From Armatimonadota bacterium (lineage in GTDB: Bacteria; Armatimonadota; HRBIN16): a stretch of 64,000 nt of DNA. The notes under the pieces were generated by a model that was not told the DNA's origin, made no database searches, and saw only the letters and a list, made by a program, of their open reading frames with translations. Shown here piece after piece: positions 1 to 10,299 of this stretch (position 1 is its first letter; each line of letters starts with the position of its first letter). The DNA is taken from the NCBI GenBank assembly GCA_963677485.1, contig OY781964.1, positions 3,392,001 through 3,456,000 of the forward strand, read 5' to 3'. The position numbers were made by a program, and so were the translations under genes.

Positions 1-1
1 C

Positions 2-175
2 CGGCTGGCAAATTCGGCACTTCGGGTTCAGGCCTCTTGCATGGCGATGGGGCAGTCGGCAGGTGCTCTGGCGGCGCTGTCGGTCGATAAGCAGCGGATA
101 CCGGCTGATCTGGAGCTTGCTGATGTGCGGAAGCTGCTGCTGGCCCATCATGCGATCCTGCCCGAATCGCGGTAG
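2..175 (+). CDS. C-terminal end of an FAD-dependent oxidoreductase (partial, runs off the left edge)
   Basis: Manual translation of frame 2 gives RLANSALRVQASCMAMGQSAGALAALS...LLLAHHAILPESR*. The S(A)LRV..CMAMGQAAG motif is typical of the PF12831-type family. Confidence 0.75.
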   Translation, partial: RLANSALRVQASCMAMGQSAGALAALSVDKQRIPADLELADVRKLLLAHHAILPESR

Positions 176-230
176 TGTATCCATATATTAAGTGTATGGT
201 CTTTACAAGACTACTGGAGGTATACCCAAA

Positions 231-1007
231 ATGAAGATCGGTTGTTGCGCAGGGCTAGAGTGTATGCAGACCGTCCAGGATGCAGGCTATGACTACATCG
301 AGCTTGGGGTTGGCACGGTGAAGCCCGAATCTGCGCGTTCAGAGTTCGATCCAATTGTGGAACAGCTGCGGAAGATTAGTATCAAACCGGAGGCGTGGAA
401 CTGCCTGCTGCCGGGTGATCTGCGTATCACCGGGCCTGGGACTGACGTAGATAGACAAAGGAGGTATCTGCGCACAGCTTTTGAACGGATTGAGGAGCTG
501 GACGGAAAAATAGTGGTGTTCGGCAGCGGCGGAGCGAGGCGAATACCCGAAGGATTTCCGCCTGAAGAGGCATGGCAGCAGTTGCTTGATTTTGTCACTT
601 TGGCTGGTCGGATCGCTGACGGACATGGGATCACTTTTGTGATTGAGCCCCTGAATAAGAACGAGACCAACGTGATAAACTCGGTGGAAGAGGGTATGAA
701 GCTGGTGATGGCTGTTCAGCATCCCTCAGTCAAGTGCCTTGCAGACCTCTATCACATCATGGAAGAACACGAGCCGCTCCAACACATCATCGAGGCCGGT
801 GGTGATCTTCGTCATACCCACATCGCCGACACCGGACGGTTCAGCCCCGGAACCGGCAGTTATCCAACACGGGAGTTTTTCGAGGCTCTGAAAAGTGCGG
901 GATATCACGGCATGATGAGCGTGGAATGCCGATGGACGGATTTCGGTACCGAGTGCAAACCCGCGTTGGAATACCTCAGAAAAATCGATACGGAAGTGAA
1001 CGGGTGA
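231..1007 (+). CDS. Sugar phosphate isomerase/epimerase (xylose-isomerase-like TIM barrel)
   Basis: GYDYIEL, VFGSGGAR, IEPLN, DLYH, HTHIAD and SVE metal-binding motifs. GGAGG RBS favours ATG 231 over the called start at 192. Confidence 0.85.
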   Translation: MKIGCCAGLECMQTVQDAGYDYIELGVGTVKPESARSEFDPIVEQLRKISIKPEAWNCLLPGDLRITGPGTDVDRQRRYLRTAFERIEELDGKIVVFGSGGARRIPEGFPPEEAWQQLLDFVTLAGRIADGHGITFVIEPLNKNETNVINSVEEGMKLVMAVQHPSVKCLADLYHIMEEHEPLQHIIEAGGDLRHTHIADTGRFSPGTGSYPTREFFEALKSAGYHGMMSVECRWTDFGTECKPALEYLRKIDTEVNG

Positions 1008-1121
1008 TTTGGTTGAGTTTTTGGTCTGAATACGCCGGTCTGGTTCTATTGAGTAGTCACACCTGCCTATCGTCATCGGTCTCCCGCTCCGGCAGCGGCT
1101 GCCGGAGCGGAGACCCGAATT

Positions 1122-3158
1122 CTACCAGTCGCTGGGTTTGACCCCCGCCCAGGCTGATTGCGCTGCGGCGGTGAGGCCATCCCATCGCTTCTCGGGGAGG
1201 TCGCCCCAAGCGGTATAGAACAGTCCCAGAATCTGCTTGTTACCTTTGTTCTTGATGAGCTGCTCTGACCAGAACTTGCAATTGTTGGGGTCAAACCACG
1301 GTGAGCCGGTGATGTCAAAACCCTGTTTCAGCCAAAAGTCGATAGACTTCTGAATCTTCTCATTGTCGGCGGGATAACTGTATGCCCAGGCGTTCATGAT
1401 GATGTCCTTGGGAAGCCGTTCCGCCGTTTTCTCCAGTTGGAAGATGGGAGCATTCGAGAACGGGTTGAGCGCATCGTCCCACATCATCATACGGCAGTGC
1501 GGATCGGCTTCCCGCAGATACTGCCTCATGCGGATGATGTCATCGGCGACAATCTCCACATTGCTCATATGGCGGGCTTTACAACGCGCGTCCTGGTTTA
1601 GTATCTGCGGTTCGTCATGGCCGATGTGCAGGTATTTGGGTTTCATACACTTGATGACATTCCTGATGGCCTTGCGCATGAGGTTGCGGTAAAGCGGCTC
1701 GGAGGGGCAGCATGTGATGGAGCCTTCGTAGATCGCGTCGAAACTGAGAAGCAGTTCCTCACGATTCTTGATTCGACTGTAGCTAGTGATCACCAGGCTG
1801 GATGATGATGGGCTCTTCATGATGGTGGGCTCTAGTATTTTGAAGTCTTTACCTTCTTCGTAGCTGATGCGTCCTGTTTTGTCGGTGAGCACGACAGGCC
1901 CAGTTATCAGCCCCGACAGCAGCCGCGTGTCGTGACTTACGCCAGTCACCGCGACCTCATCGAACCAGATGGTGCCTGAGGCATCCTGCATCCGTATATA
2001 GACTCGGAGTTTCGTGTATCCATCTGTGAAGAACTGTGCCGACAGCTTCGTCCAGTCATTTGTGCCCACGAGGTTTTTCGTGTAGCGAAGAGGGGCAGGC
2101 GATAATCCGCCATCCTCTTTGATGCCGTAGAGCTCGATGTAGGCACCAACGATCGTATCACGGGTAGCTTTCACGTCCTGTGTTTTTACAAAGCTGCTGA
2201 GCTCATAAATACAATGCGGCTGGCAAGGCACAGTTTGCCATGCCCTGAGCATACCTGAGCTCGATCGAGAGATACGCAGACTGCTTGCCCCCTCGTGTTT
2301 AACCGTCTGGTCTACCGCAACCTCACCATTTTTGTCGAACTCCCAGCCGATCGGTTTGCCTTGCTCGGACTGCTCAAAACCAGGATTGTTGACTGATAGT
2401 GCTGGGACAGCACTGTCTGGCACTTGAACCTTGCCATTGCGGGCCACAACGGGCAGATTAATTAGCGGTATGGCCTCGGCACAGCGCGGTTCGATGCTCA
2501 ACACCGCGTTCCCATGGCCAAAACTCTGGAGTTCAGGAATGGGCTCAACGAAGTGTTTTCGGCACTCATCCGCTATCTTCTTCCAGCGAGCGTTAGCGGC
2601 GGGCTTATCCAGCATATACAGCTCAGGATATTCAAACACGATGAAGTTCAACTTCATCGAGGCAAGATACTCTATCTTCTGTTCTGGATTGGCATCACAT
2701 ATATAAGTACCCCGAAGTTTCAGCTCAGGCCAGTCGGATATCTTCAGCATGGGCACGCTGCCATCGGATTGCACAAGCTGCATCATCGTCATAAGCCCGT
2801 AGTAGAGGCCCTGCACATCCTTACCCTGAATCACCACCCAGTCTATACCGACCATCAATCGGTACCCTTGCTCCTTCGGCATGGGCATGCCTGTGAACAT
2901 GTTGTCTAGCTTGGCACTCGGCTTTACCCCAAGCCAGAGTGTGCAAGGCGTACCCGGCTGCTTTGCGGCTGTAGATTTGGGGATCGGGGCCATTCGCTTG
3001 GTCTTGAGGGCGGCGTTCAACTGCTCGATCCCAGTTATCGCTTTAGTACTATCCCGTTCCAGCACGTAATTTTTGATCTGTTCGATCCGTAGTGAGCCGT
3101 CTATACCCATCGGACTCATATACTGTGGTGTCGGTAATAACTCTGGCATGCATGCCAC
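1122..3158 (-). CDS. GH20-like beta-N-acetylhexosaminidase with an inserted CBM4/9-like module
   Basis: GH20 domain-2 motif (EQGYRL...GLYYGLMTMMQL...ISDWPELKLRG), IPELQSFGHG and catalytic HIGHDE. An internal NPGFE...IWFDEV jelly-roll module is present. Confidence 0.75.
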   Translation of the reverse strand: MACMPELLPTPQYMSPMGIDGSLRIEQIKNYVLERDSTKAITGIEQLNAALKTKRMAPIPKSTAAKQPGTPCTLWLGVKPSAKLDNMFTGMPMPKEQGYRLMVGIDWVVIQGKDVQGLYYGLMTMMQLVQSDGSVPMLKISDWPELKLRGTYICDANPEQKIEYLASMKLNFIVFEYPELYMLDKPAANARWKKIADECRKHFVEPIPELQSFGHGNAVLSIEPRCAEAIPLINLPVVARNGKVQVPDSAVPALSVNNPGFEQSEQGKPIGWEFDKNGEVAVDQTVKHEGASSLRISRSSSGMLRAWQTVPCQPHCIYELSSFVKTQDVKATRDTIVGAYIELYGIKEDGGLSPAPLRYTKNLVGTNDWTKLSAQFFTDGYTKLRVYIRMQDASGTIWFDEVAVTGVSHDTRLLSGLITGPVVLTDKTGRISYEEGKDFKILEPTIMKSPSSSSLVITSYSRIKNREELLLSFDAIYEGSITCCPSEPLYRNLMRKAIRNVIKCMKPKYLHIGHDEPQILNQDARCKARHMSNVEIVADDIIRMRQYLREADPHCRMMMWDDALNPFSNAPIFQLEKTAERLPKDIIMNAWAYSYPADNEKIQKSIDFWLKQGFDITGSPWFDPNNCKFWSEQLIKNKGNKQILGLFYTAWGDLPEKRWDGLTAAAQSAWAGVKPSDW

Positions 3159-3392
3159 CCCTCTATCTGACGCTGGTGTTGCTATCTCTACTAAAGGATA
3201 CCATCAATATTCTTGTAACTGGTCGTATGGGCGTCCACGACCGTATAAATAACGGTGTGGGATGCCATGAACTCAAGTGCGGTGCTATTTGGTAGTCATA
3301 TGAGGCAATATGATATATGCCTGCACGCCTGTTATACAATATCACTGTGTCGGAATTCGATCATGAATGTGTCTGTCAAGAGGTGTGCGTAA

Positions 3393-4658
3393 GTGGTGTC
3401 CGCTCCAGAGCAAAAGTCATATAAGCTGACGATCTATGCCTGCTATTTAGGCTTTTTCGCCCAGGCGATAGTCATCAACCTCACCCCGATCTTGTTCATC
3501 CCACTGCGGAGGCTGTATGGGCTGTCCTACGAGCAGCTTGGCTTGCTGGTGTTCATCAACTTCACCACCCAGGTGATCTGTGATTTGGCATTCCACCGCG
3601 TGGTCGACAAATACGGGTACAGGCCATTCATCCTTGCCGCCAATGTTCTGAAGGTGATCGGATTTTTGGTCTTCGCCACGGCACCCAGCCTATTCAGCCA
3701 CCCCTACACGGGCTTCATCATCGGCACGATCATCTTCTCGGGAGCAGGCGGCCTGTTCGAGGTGCTGCTGAGCCCCATCGTGAATTCCATACCCACCGAT
3801 GAGAAGGCGACGGCGATGAGTGTGCTCCATTCCTTCTACGCGTGGGGGCAACTATCGGTCATACTTTTTACCACATTGATGGTCTATTACCTTGGCATCC
3901 ATTCCTGGCAATTAATCATCCTGATGTGGTTGATCGTGCCGTCTGTCAACTTTGTGATGTTTTTGAAGGCCCCGTTGGGACCGCTGGTGCCTGATGATGT
4001 CAGGCTGAGCAACCGATCGCTTGTGCGGAAGCCGTTCTTCGTGCTGGCTTTCCTGGCGATTATTTTTGGTGGAGCCTCGGAGCAGGTCGCGGCCCAATGG
4101 ACTTCTGCATTCCTTGAGATGGGGCTGAACATCCCCAAGGTGGTTGGTGATGTGGCAGGCGTCTGTTCATTTGCATTTTGCCTGGGTGTCACGCGGCTGC
4201 TGTATGGAATATTCGGCCAGAAGATTAACCTGCGGAAGGTGATGGTCTACGGTTCTCTGGTGGCGATGGGCTGTTATGTGGTCATCGCCTTCTCGCACAG
4301 TGCGGTGCTTTCATTCGCAGCCTGCATGGTGTGTGGATTTTCGGTCAGCTTGTTGTGGCCTGGCACGCTGGTCATCACCGCCGAACGGTACCCGCTGGCT
4401 GGGACCGGGCTGTTCGCCATGCTGGCCGCCGGTGGGGATGTGGGCTGCGCTTTGGGCCCCTGGATGACTGGTGTGGTGATAGAAACCTCTCAACGCACGC
4501 AATGGCTGCAGAACCTGGCCAAAGCCGGCGGTGACAACCTGGAGCAGCTTGGGCTGCGTTCGGGAATGCTGGCCGCAGCGATCATCCCGCTGGTGGCTTT
4601 CATTTGCATGTCTCGGCTGAGCAAGATCAAGCTGAAGGCAGAGCAAGTATCTGGATAG
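3393..4658 (+). CDS. MFS transporter, probably for sugars
   Basis: 421 aa with about 12 hydrophobic segments, an MFS loop motif (VDKYGYR) and SVLHSFYAWGQ; sits directly upstream of glycosidase genes. Confidence 0.85.
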   Translation: MVSAPEQKSYKLTIYACYLGFFAQAIVINLTPILFIPLRRLYGLSYEQLGLLVFINFTTQVICDLAFHRVVDKYGYRPFILAANVLKVIGFLVFATAPSLFSHPYTGFIIGTIIFSGAGGLFEVLLSPIVNSIPTDEKATAMSVLHSFYAWGQLSVILFTTLMVYYLGIHSWQLIILMWLIVPSVNFVMFLKAPLGPLVPDDVRLSNRSLVRKPFFVLAFLAIIFGGASEQVAAQWTSAFLEMGLNIPKVVGDVAGVCSFAFCLGVTRLLYGIFGQKINLRKVMVYGSLVAMGCYVVIAFSHSAVLSFAACMVCGFSVSLLWPGTLVITAERYPLAGTGLFAMLAAGGDVGCALGPWMTGVVIETSQRTQWLQNLAKAGGDNLEQLGLRSGMLAAAIIPLVAFICMSRLSKIKLKAEQVSG

Positions 4659-4734
4659 TTACCGATCGTCACGAATAAATGCATCAAACCAGCAATCACA
4701 ATAGTTGGCTGGAGTAAAATAAACGGAGTTATCA

Positions 4735-6816
4735 ATGCAGTTTGAGTCACAGTTCGATTTCTTCCCTTTCGGCACCCAGTATTACCGCGAGCCAACCCCG
4801 TTGCCGGAGGAGTGGGAGCATGACCTTAGCGAAATCGCCAGAGCAGGGTATACCCACATCCAGTTGCGCCCGCAGTGGATCTGCCACGAGCGGATTCGCG
4901 GGCAAGAAACCTGGGATGACATCGACCAACTGTTTGACCTTGCGCAGAAATACAACCTTAAGGTGATCTTGAAGCCCATGATGGAGTGCGCTCCCGACTG
5001 GGTCTACACCGAGCTTAATGGCTATCGGATTGGGTTTGGCGGAGAACGAATCTCGCCCGAAGGTCATGGCGCGTTCTACGCGGGCGGCTGGCTGCCGTGC
5101 TTCGACAACCCGCTGGTGCGGGAAGCCGCTTCAAGTTTCGTGCAGCACATGGCAGAGCGTTACCGAAATCACCCCGCACTGTGGTTCTACAACGCCTGGA
5201 ATGAGCCTCGCAGCCGTCCGTTGGGTCAGTGCCAGTGTGAGCATTCGGTGCGCAGCTATCGGCAGTGGCTGCAGCAGCGGTTCGGAAGCATCGAACAACT
5301 GAACACAGCCCTGGGCAAATACTGGACATCATACGACACGCTCAATCCTCCGCAGACAGCATGGGATTATGTGCAAATGTATATGTGGCGTCAGTGGGCT
5401 GCCGATGCTGTGGCCACTCATGTTAAACTGGTGACCGATGCCATCAAATGCGGTGATCCGAAAGCATTTGTGATGACACACGTAGGTGGCTGTTCTGTCA
5501 TTCAAGATCCTTGCTGCGATGCCAGTGATGATCTGGCGAATGCTCGCATGGTCGACCGTTACGGTACCAGCTACCCCGTGAACCTGCGCCCCCATTCCAT
5601 CGCCGACAACCACGGTGGCGATCTGATCTCTGACTGGTTGCGGCGGGTCGATGCCAACTACTGGTGCCATGAGTTCTACACGAATGAGGGTAACTGGTCT
5701 GTGCCGCCCACGCCGGAGGCGTTGAACCGGCTTGTTTGGCTTGCCGTTTCTGGCGGAACAGTCGGCTTTACTTTCTGGCAGTATCGCAGTGAGCGTGTGG
5801 GCAACGAGACCAACGGGTTTGGGATGCGCAACATCGACGGTACCGAGACGGAGCGCAGTATAGTTTGCGACGATATCGCCGAGATACTCCGAGACAAAGG
5901 TGCTGCCTTGGTAGACACCCATCGTGCGGAATCCAAGCTGAAGCTGATGTATAACCGTCATGCCGATGTGATGGCACGCGTGCAAAGCCTGACTAAAGAC
6001 GAGGTGACGGTACTAGGTAACTGCCTTGAGAATGGGGGAGGCAGCTTCTACAAACAGGCGCTGCACGGTGCTCACCGTTCCTACATGCTGGCAGGTGAGT
6101 GTTTAGATTTCGTTGTTCCGGGTGACCACCTGGACAGCGGTGATATGCTTCACGTGACAGCCGATGAGATGTGTGACCAAGCCACCGCGGATTGGCTGAT
6201 GCAGTTTGTGGCCGACGGGGGACGGTTGGTGGTCGAAATGCCATTTGCCTGCCGCGATGCCAACACCTGGGTGAGCGCCGCTCGGCCAAACCACGGTCTG
6301 GGGCGCCTACTTGGCTGCACTGAGATCGAGCGAATCCAGAGCCGGCATTCGAGCGCAGACACAGTCACGTTCGATGACGGCACCCAGATCACTGCAAGCC
6401 ACTGGAAGGTGGAGTTGCAGCCCACAGACGGTCAGGTGCTTGCCACCTGGGGTGATGGCTCCGCTGCGGTGGTGCTCAACCGGTATGGCAAGGGGCAGGT
6501 TCTCACCTGCGGCATCAACCTGAGCATGGCCTGCGGAGAACAACCAGACGATCCTGCGGTGCAGACGTTGCACAGGTTGATACGCGAGCATCTTGGTGTG
6601 CCCATCGGTGCTGCGAAGCTGCCCGTTGGCGTGTGGGTCAGGCGGCGCGTGGCTGAGGGACGCGAGGTGTGGTTCGTGTTTAACCTCACGAGCGATGAGC
6701 AGCATGTGGATCTGGCTTGCACCCCCGCGGACATCTGGCAGAATGGGGGATGCAGCCTGGATGGAGGCTGCTTGACGATGCCACCGCAATCGACCTGGGT
6801 GGCGAAGATGCGGTGA
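4735..6816 (+). CDS. GH42-like beta-galactosidase
   Basis: GTQYYREPTP..EW..DL, acid/base WNEP, CQC cluster, HEFY, FWQYR, and a C-terminal trimerisation-like domain. Confidence 0.8.
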   Translation: MQFESQFDFFPFGTQYYREPTPLPEEWEHDLSEIARAGYTHIQLRPQWICHERIRGQETWDDIDQLFDLAQKYNLKVILKPMMECAPDWVYTELNGYRIGFGGERISPEGHGAFYAGGWLPCFDNPLVREAASSFVQHMAERYRNHPALWFYNAWNEPRSRPLGQCQCEHSVRSYRQWLQQRFGSIEQLNTALGKYWTSYDTLNPPQTAWDYVQMYMWRQWAADAVATHVKLVTDAIKCGDPKAFVMTHVGGCSVIQDPCCDASDDLANARMVDRYGTSYPVNLRPHSIADNHGGDLISDWLRRVDANYWCHEFYTNEGNWSVPPTPEALNRLVWLAVSGGTVGFTFWQYRSERVGNETNGFGMRNIDGTETERSIVCDDIAEILRDKGAALVDTHRAESKLKLMYNRHADVMARVQSLTKDEVTVLGNCLENGGGSFYKQALHGAHRSYMLAGECLDFVVPGDHLDSGDMLHVTADEMCDQATADWLMQFVADGGRLVVEMPFACRDANTWVSAARPNHGLGRLLGCTEIERIQSRHSSADTVTFDDGTQITASHWKVELQPTDGQVLATWGDGSAAVVLNRYGKGQVLTCGINLSMACGEQPDDPAVQTLHRLIREHLGVPIGAAKLPVGVWVRRRVAEGREVWFVFNLTSDEQHVDLACTPADIWQNGGCSLDGGCLTMPPQSTWVAKMR

Positions 6817-6844
6817 TACGCCTGCACATCAACGATGTGTTAAT

Positions 6845-6872
6845 CCCGTCTTGGTTGTATGACCAAGGCGGG
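6845..6872 (+). terminator. Stem-loop after the GH42 gene (terminator or mRNA-stabilising hairpin)
   Basis: cccgtcttggt pairs with accaaggcggg (one G-U). There is no strong U-tract. Confidence 0.4.
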
Positions 6873-6980
6873 TTAATCACTGTGGGTTCTTTCCAGACTG
6901 TGGGATGACTGCTCGTGGGTCTCTGTCACCCACACAGGGCTCAAGCGGTTGAACGATCATGACGATAAAGGAGTGGTCAT

Positions 6981-9900
6981 ATGAAAAAGTTCGCGTATGT
7001 GCTCGTGGTTGTCTCGCTGGTATCGATGGCGGTCACGCTATCAGCATACGGCAGTGATTGTGCTTGTGAGGGCAGTATCTGCAGTCAGACCACCGATGGC
7101 AGTCTCAGGTTTGACTTCGAAACGGGGTGTATGCAGGGATGGCAGATCATGGAGGGCACGCTAGATAGCCCCGTGACCAGCATCGAGATGACCCGAAACC
7201 AGCCTTCTCAAAAGAGGAACAAGCAAGGGATATTCTATCTCAATACCGTCGAACTTCAAGATGGCGGATATGATGATAAAATGACCGGAGTTATTGAGTC
7301 ACCTGTCTTCACCTTGAAGTCACGTCAGGTCTCTTTCTTGATCGGAGGCGGATCATTTCCGGCCAGCACCTATGTGGCGTTGTGCGATATCAACGGTGAT
7401 GAACTGTTAAAAGCCACTGGTAGTAACTCGGAGATGATGACCGGGATCGTATGGGATACCAGCAGATATTTGAACAAAAAGCTGTTCTTACAATTGGTAG
7501 ACCGGAATACCGGGTCGTGGGGACACATCACCTTTGATGATTTCATCGCCGATGGAAAAGTGGATCTGAAAGCCACTCTGGCTGTCAGGAAGTCGTATGA
7601 CACTCGAGAACAAGGGCGGGAGCAACGCCGTCAAGCGCAACTTAAGAAGTGGGAGGATCAGAGGATGAAGCGTATAAAGAAACTCACATCACCAGACTAC
7701 CTTGTCATGGGGGGTAAAACAAAGGTATACAAGGGGGCTGAACTAGAAGCCATCAGTATTCCCATCGGGGGAATCGGTGCTGGGAATATCCAAATGGATG
7801 GCAAAGCACAGCGAGCCATCTGGCAGATTTTCAACAACTTCAAGTGCGTATCTCTTCCGAATAGCTTCTTTGCGGTTAGGGCTGAGGCTGAGCCCGGCCA
7901 ACCTGTCGTCAGAGTGCTTCAAACTGCGGCTGCTGCTGGATTTGCTCCCATGCGCAGCCTGACTTTTAAGGGTGAATTCCCCTATGGTTGGTATGATTTT
8001 CGCGATTCGAAGTTGCCTGTGTCCGTTAGTATGGAGGTGTTCAACCCGCTGATACCGCTGAATGCTAAAGATTCTGCCATTCCTTGTGCGATATTTAACA
8101 TCACCGCGAAGAACAAAGGGCCGAAGACAGTTGATGTCAGCTTGATGGCAACCCAACGGAACGCGGTGGGATACACCGCCGCGAAGGCATTCTCGATGAG
8201 CGGTCTGGCGGTTGAGCCAGGGGCTGTCACAGGCGAAGAGCTGGGTGGCAACCGGAACCAGATCATCAAGTCACCTGACAGCTCTATTCTCCATATGACC
8301 GCAGATATCCCGCAAGAGGCAGCAGGCTACGGTGATATGGCGCTGCTGGCTGTCTCGCCTGATGCGATAGGCTCCACGGATTTTGGTGATGTCAATGAGA
8401 TGCACAAGCAGTATTCCGAAAATGGCCTGATCACTGGGTCCGACCATGCGGGGCCATCCGCCAAAGGCAAGACTCTAGATGGGTTTTTGGCGGTACCATT
8501 CAAGCTGAAGCCAGGGGAGTCGAGGACTATCAGCTTTGTGCTCACGTGGTATTTTCCGAACGCCAGCCACGGTACAGAGAACTGGAGCGGCTCAGGCAAT
8601 ATGTATCAGAACTGGTATTCCAGCGCACTCGATGTGGCACAGGATGTGAAGACACGGCTGACAGAGCTGTCTCAACAGACCGATATTTATCATGACAGCT
8701 TCTACTCGTCGAATCTACCTCGCTGGATACTGGATAGAATCAGTTCGCAGGTATCGATCATGCGAACGCAAACCTGCTTTTGGGCGAAAGATGGCTATTT
8801 CGGTGGATGGGAAGGATCTGGCACCGGTGAGGGGTGTTGTGAGGGCAACTGCACCCATGTATGGCATTATGCACAAAGCCATGCGCGTTTGTTTCCCGAA
8901 ATTGGCCGGCGGATGCGTGAGCAAGAGTATGCGGTGCAGAACGAGGATGGCAGCATCGGTCACCGGCTGAGCAAAGGGTTCGCGAAATGGGTCGCTGCCG
9001 ATGGTCTTCTGGGCGACATACTCTCAACCTACCGAGAACACCAACTCAGTGCCGACAACAAGTGGCTTGACCAGTACTGGCCAAACTGCCGAAAGGCGAT
9101 GGAATACTGCATCAAGACCTGGGATGCAGATGAAGATGGTGTGCTCACAGGATACCAGTGGGATACACTCGACAGCGCACTGGAAGGCAACACCACCTGG
9201 ATTGGTTCGCTCTATCTGGCCTCTCTCGCTGCTTGTGAGAGGATGGCGAATGTTGAGAACAGTGCGACCGATGCTCAGCGATATGCCCGCATACTCCAGT
9301 CGGGAAAAGACAAGCAGAATGCCGAATTATGGGATGGCGAATACTACATCCAAAAACCTGATGTTGAGCCACCTGCTTATACTTACCCTGAACCTCGTGA
9401 AGATTATCTTACGGGTTGCGATACCGACCAGTTGCTAGGGCAATGGTGGGCACATCAGTTGGATTTGGGCTGGCTATACCCGTCTGAGCGTGTACGTAAG
9501 TCGATGCAGTCGCTTATGAAATACAACTTCCATGCGGATTTCCGTGGATATGAGCAGAAACCGCGCAAATTCGTAGACGAGCTTGACTCCGGACTGCAAC
9601 TGATCAGCTACCCGAAAGAGGGCAGGCCGGCTCCTGGTAAGGAGTTCCACAGCTCTTCCGAAATCATGTCAGGTTTTGAATATCCCGCCGCGGCCACTAT
9701 GATACAGGCCGGACTACTGAAAGAGGGGTTCGCACTGACACGGGCCATCTACGAGAGATACGACGGCAAGCTGCGCACCGGACAGTCAGCTCTGGATATC
9801 GGCAACTGGGGCTACACGGGCAACCCATTTGGTGATGACGAATGCGGGAAGTTTTACGCCCGAGCGATGAGCGTTTGGAGTATTCTGCTCGCCTGCCAGG

Positions 9901-10244
9901 GGTTCATCTATGATGGCCCTGCCGGCAAAATCGGGTTTCGACCTGTGTGGCAGCCAACTAATCACATGTCATTCTTTACAGCGGCGGAAGGATATGGGTT
10001 TTTTGTCCAAAATCGGTCGCAATACGGGCAGTCTGATGCGATCAGTATCAGCTCAGGCCTGTTGTCTATTAACACGATTGTGCTTGAGTATAAGTCCAAC
10101 CGTCCGTCATTCAAGGTCACCGTGTCGGTCGACGGCAAAGAGGTACCGTCATCGTTCAAGGTTGTGGATGGCGTGTTCACCATCTCACTGGATAAACGGT
10201 TAGTACTCACCGCAGAACAAATAGCCATGATACTCATCCGATAG
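6981..10244 (+). CDS. Secreted GH116-family glycoside hydrolase with an N-terminal beta-sandwich module
   Basis: Signal peptide; IPIGGIGAGNI...WQIFN (GH116 N-domain); GCCEGNCTHVWHY; DQLLGQW; ECGKFYARAMSVW. AAGGAG RBS. Confidence 0.85.
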   Translation: MKKFAYVLVVVSLVSMAVTLSAYGSDCACEGSICSQTTDGSLRFDFETGCMQGWQIMEGTLDSPVTSIEMTRNQPSQKRNKQGIFYLNTVELQDGGYDDKMTGVIESPVFTLKSRQVSFLIGGGSFPASTYVALCDINGDELLKATGSNSEMMTGIVWDTSRYLNKKLFLQLVDRNTGSWGHITFDDFIADGKVDLKATLAVRKSYDTREQGREQRRQAQLKKWEDQRMKRIKKLTSPDYLVMGGKTKVYKGAELEAISIPIGGIGAGNIQMDGKAQRAIWQIFNNFKCVSLPNSFFAVRAEAEPGQPVVRVLQTAAAAGFAPMRSLTFKGEFPYGWYDFRDSKLPVSVSMEVFNPLIPLNAKDSAIPCAIFNITAKNKGPKTVDVSLMATQRNAVGYTAAKAFSMSGLAVEPGAVTGEELGGNRNQIIKSPDSSILHMTADIPQEAAGYGDMALLAVSPDAIGSTDFGDVNEMHKQYSENGLITGSDHAGPSAKGKTLDGFLAVPFKLKPGESRTISFVLTWYFPNASHGTENWSGSGNMYQNWYSSALDVAQDVKTRLTELSQQTDIYHDSFYSSNLPRWILDRISSQVSIMRTQTCFWAKDGYFGGWEGSGTGEGCCEGNCTHVWHYAQSHARLFPEIGRRMREQEYAVQNEDGSIGHRLSKGFAKWVAADGLLGDILSTYREHQLSADNKWLDQYWPNCRKAMEYCIKTWDADEDGVLTGYQWDTLDSALEGNTTWIGSLYLASLAACERMANVENSATDAQRYARILQSGKDKQNAELWDGEYYIQKPDVEPPAYTYPEPREDYLTGCDTDQLLGQWWAHQLDLGWLYPSERVRKSMQSLMKYNFHADFRGYEQKPRKFVDELDSGLQLISYPKEGRPAPGKEFHSSSEIMSGFEYPAAATMIQAGLLKEGFALTRAIYERYDGKLRTGQSALDIGNWGYTGNPFGDDECGKFYARAMSVWSILLACQGFIYDGPAGKIGFRPVWQPTNHMSFFTAAEGYGFFVQNRSQYGQSDAISISSGLLSINTIVLEYKSNRPSFKVTVSVDGKEVPSSFKVVDGVFTISLDKRLVLTAEQIAMILIR

Positions 10245-10299
10245 TCTAGGCGACGCGTGATGATACGTACTATCGCCACCAACATTCATAGGAAATGAC

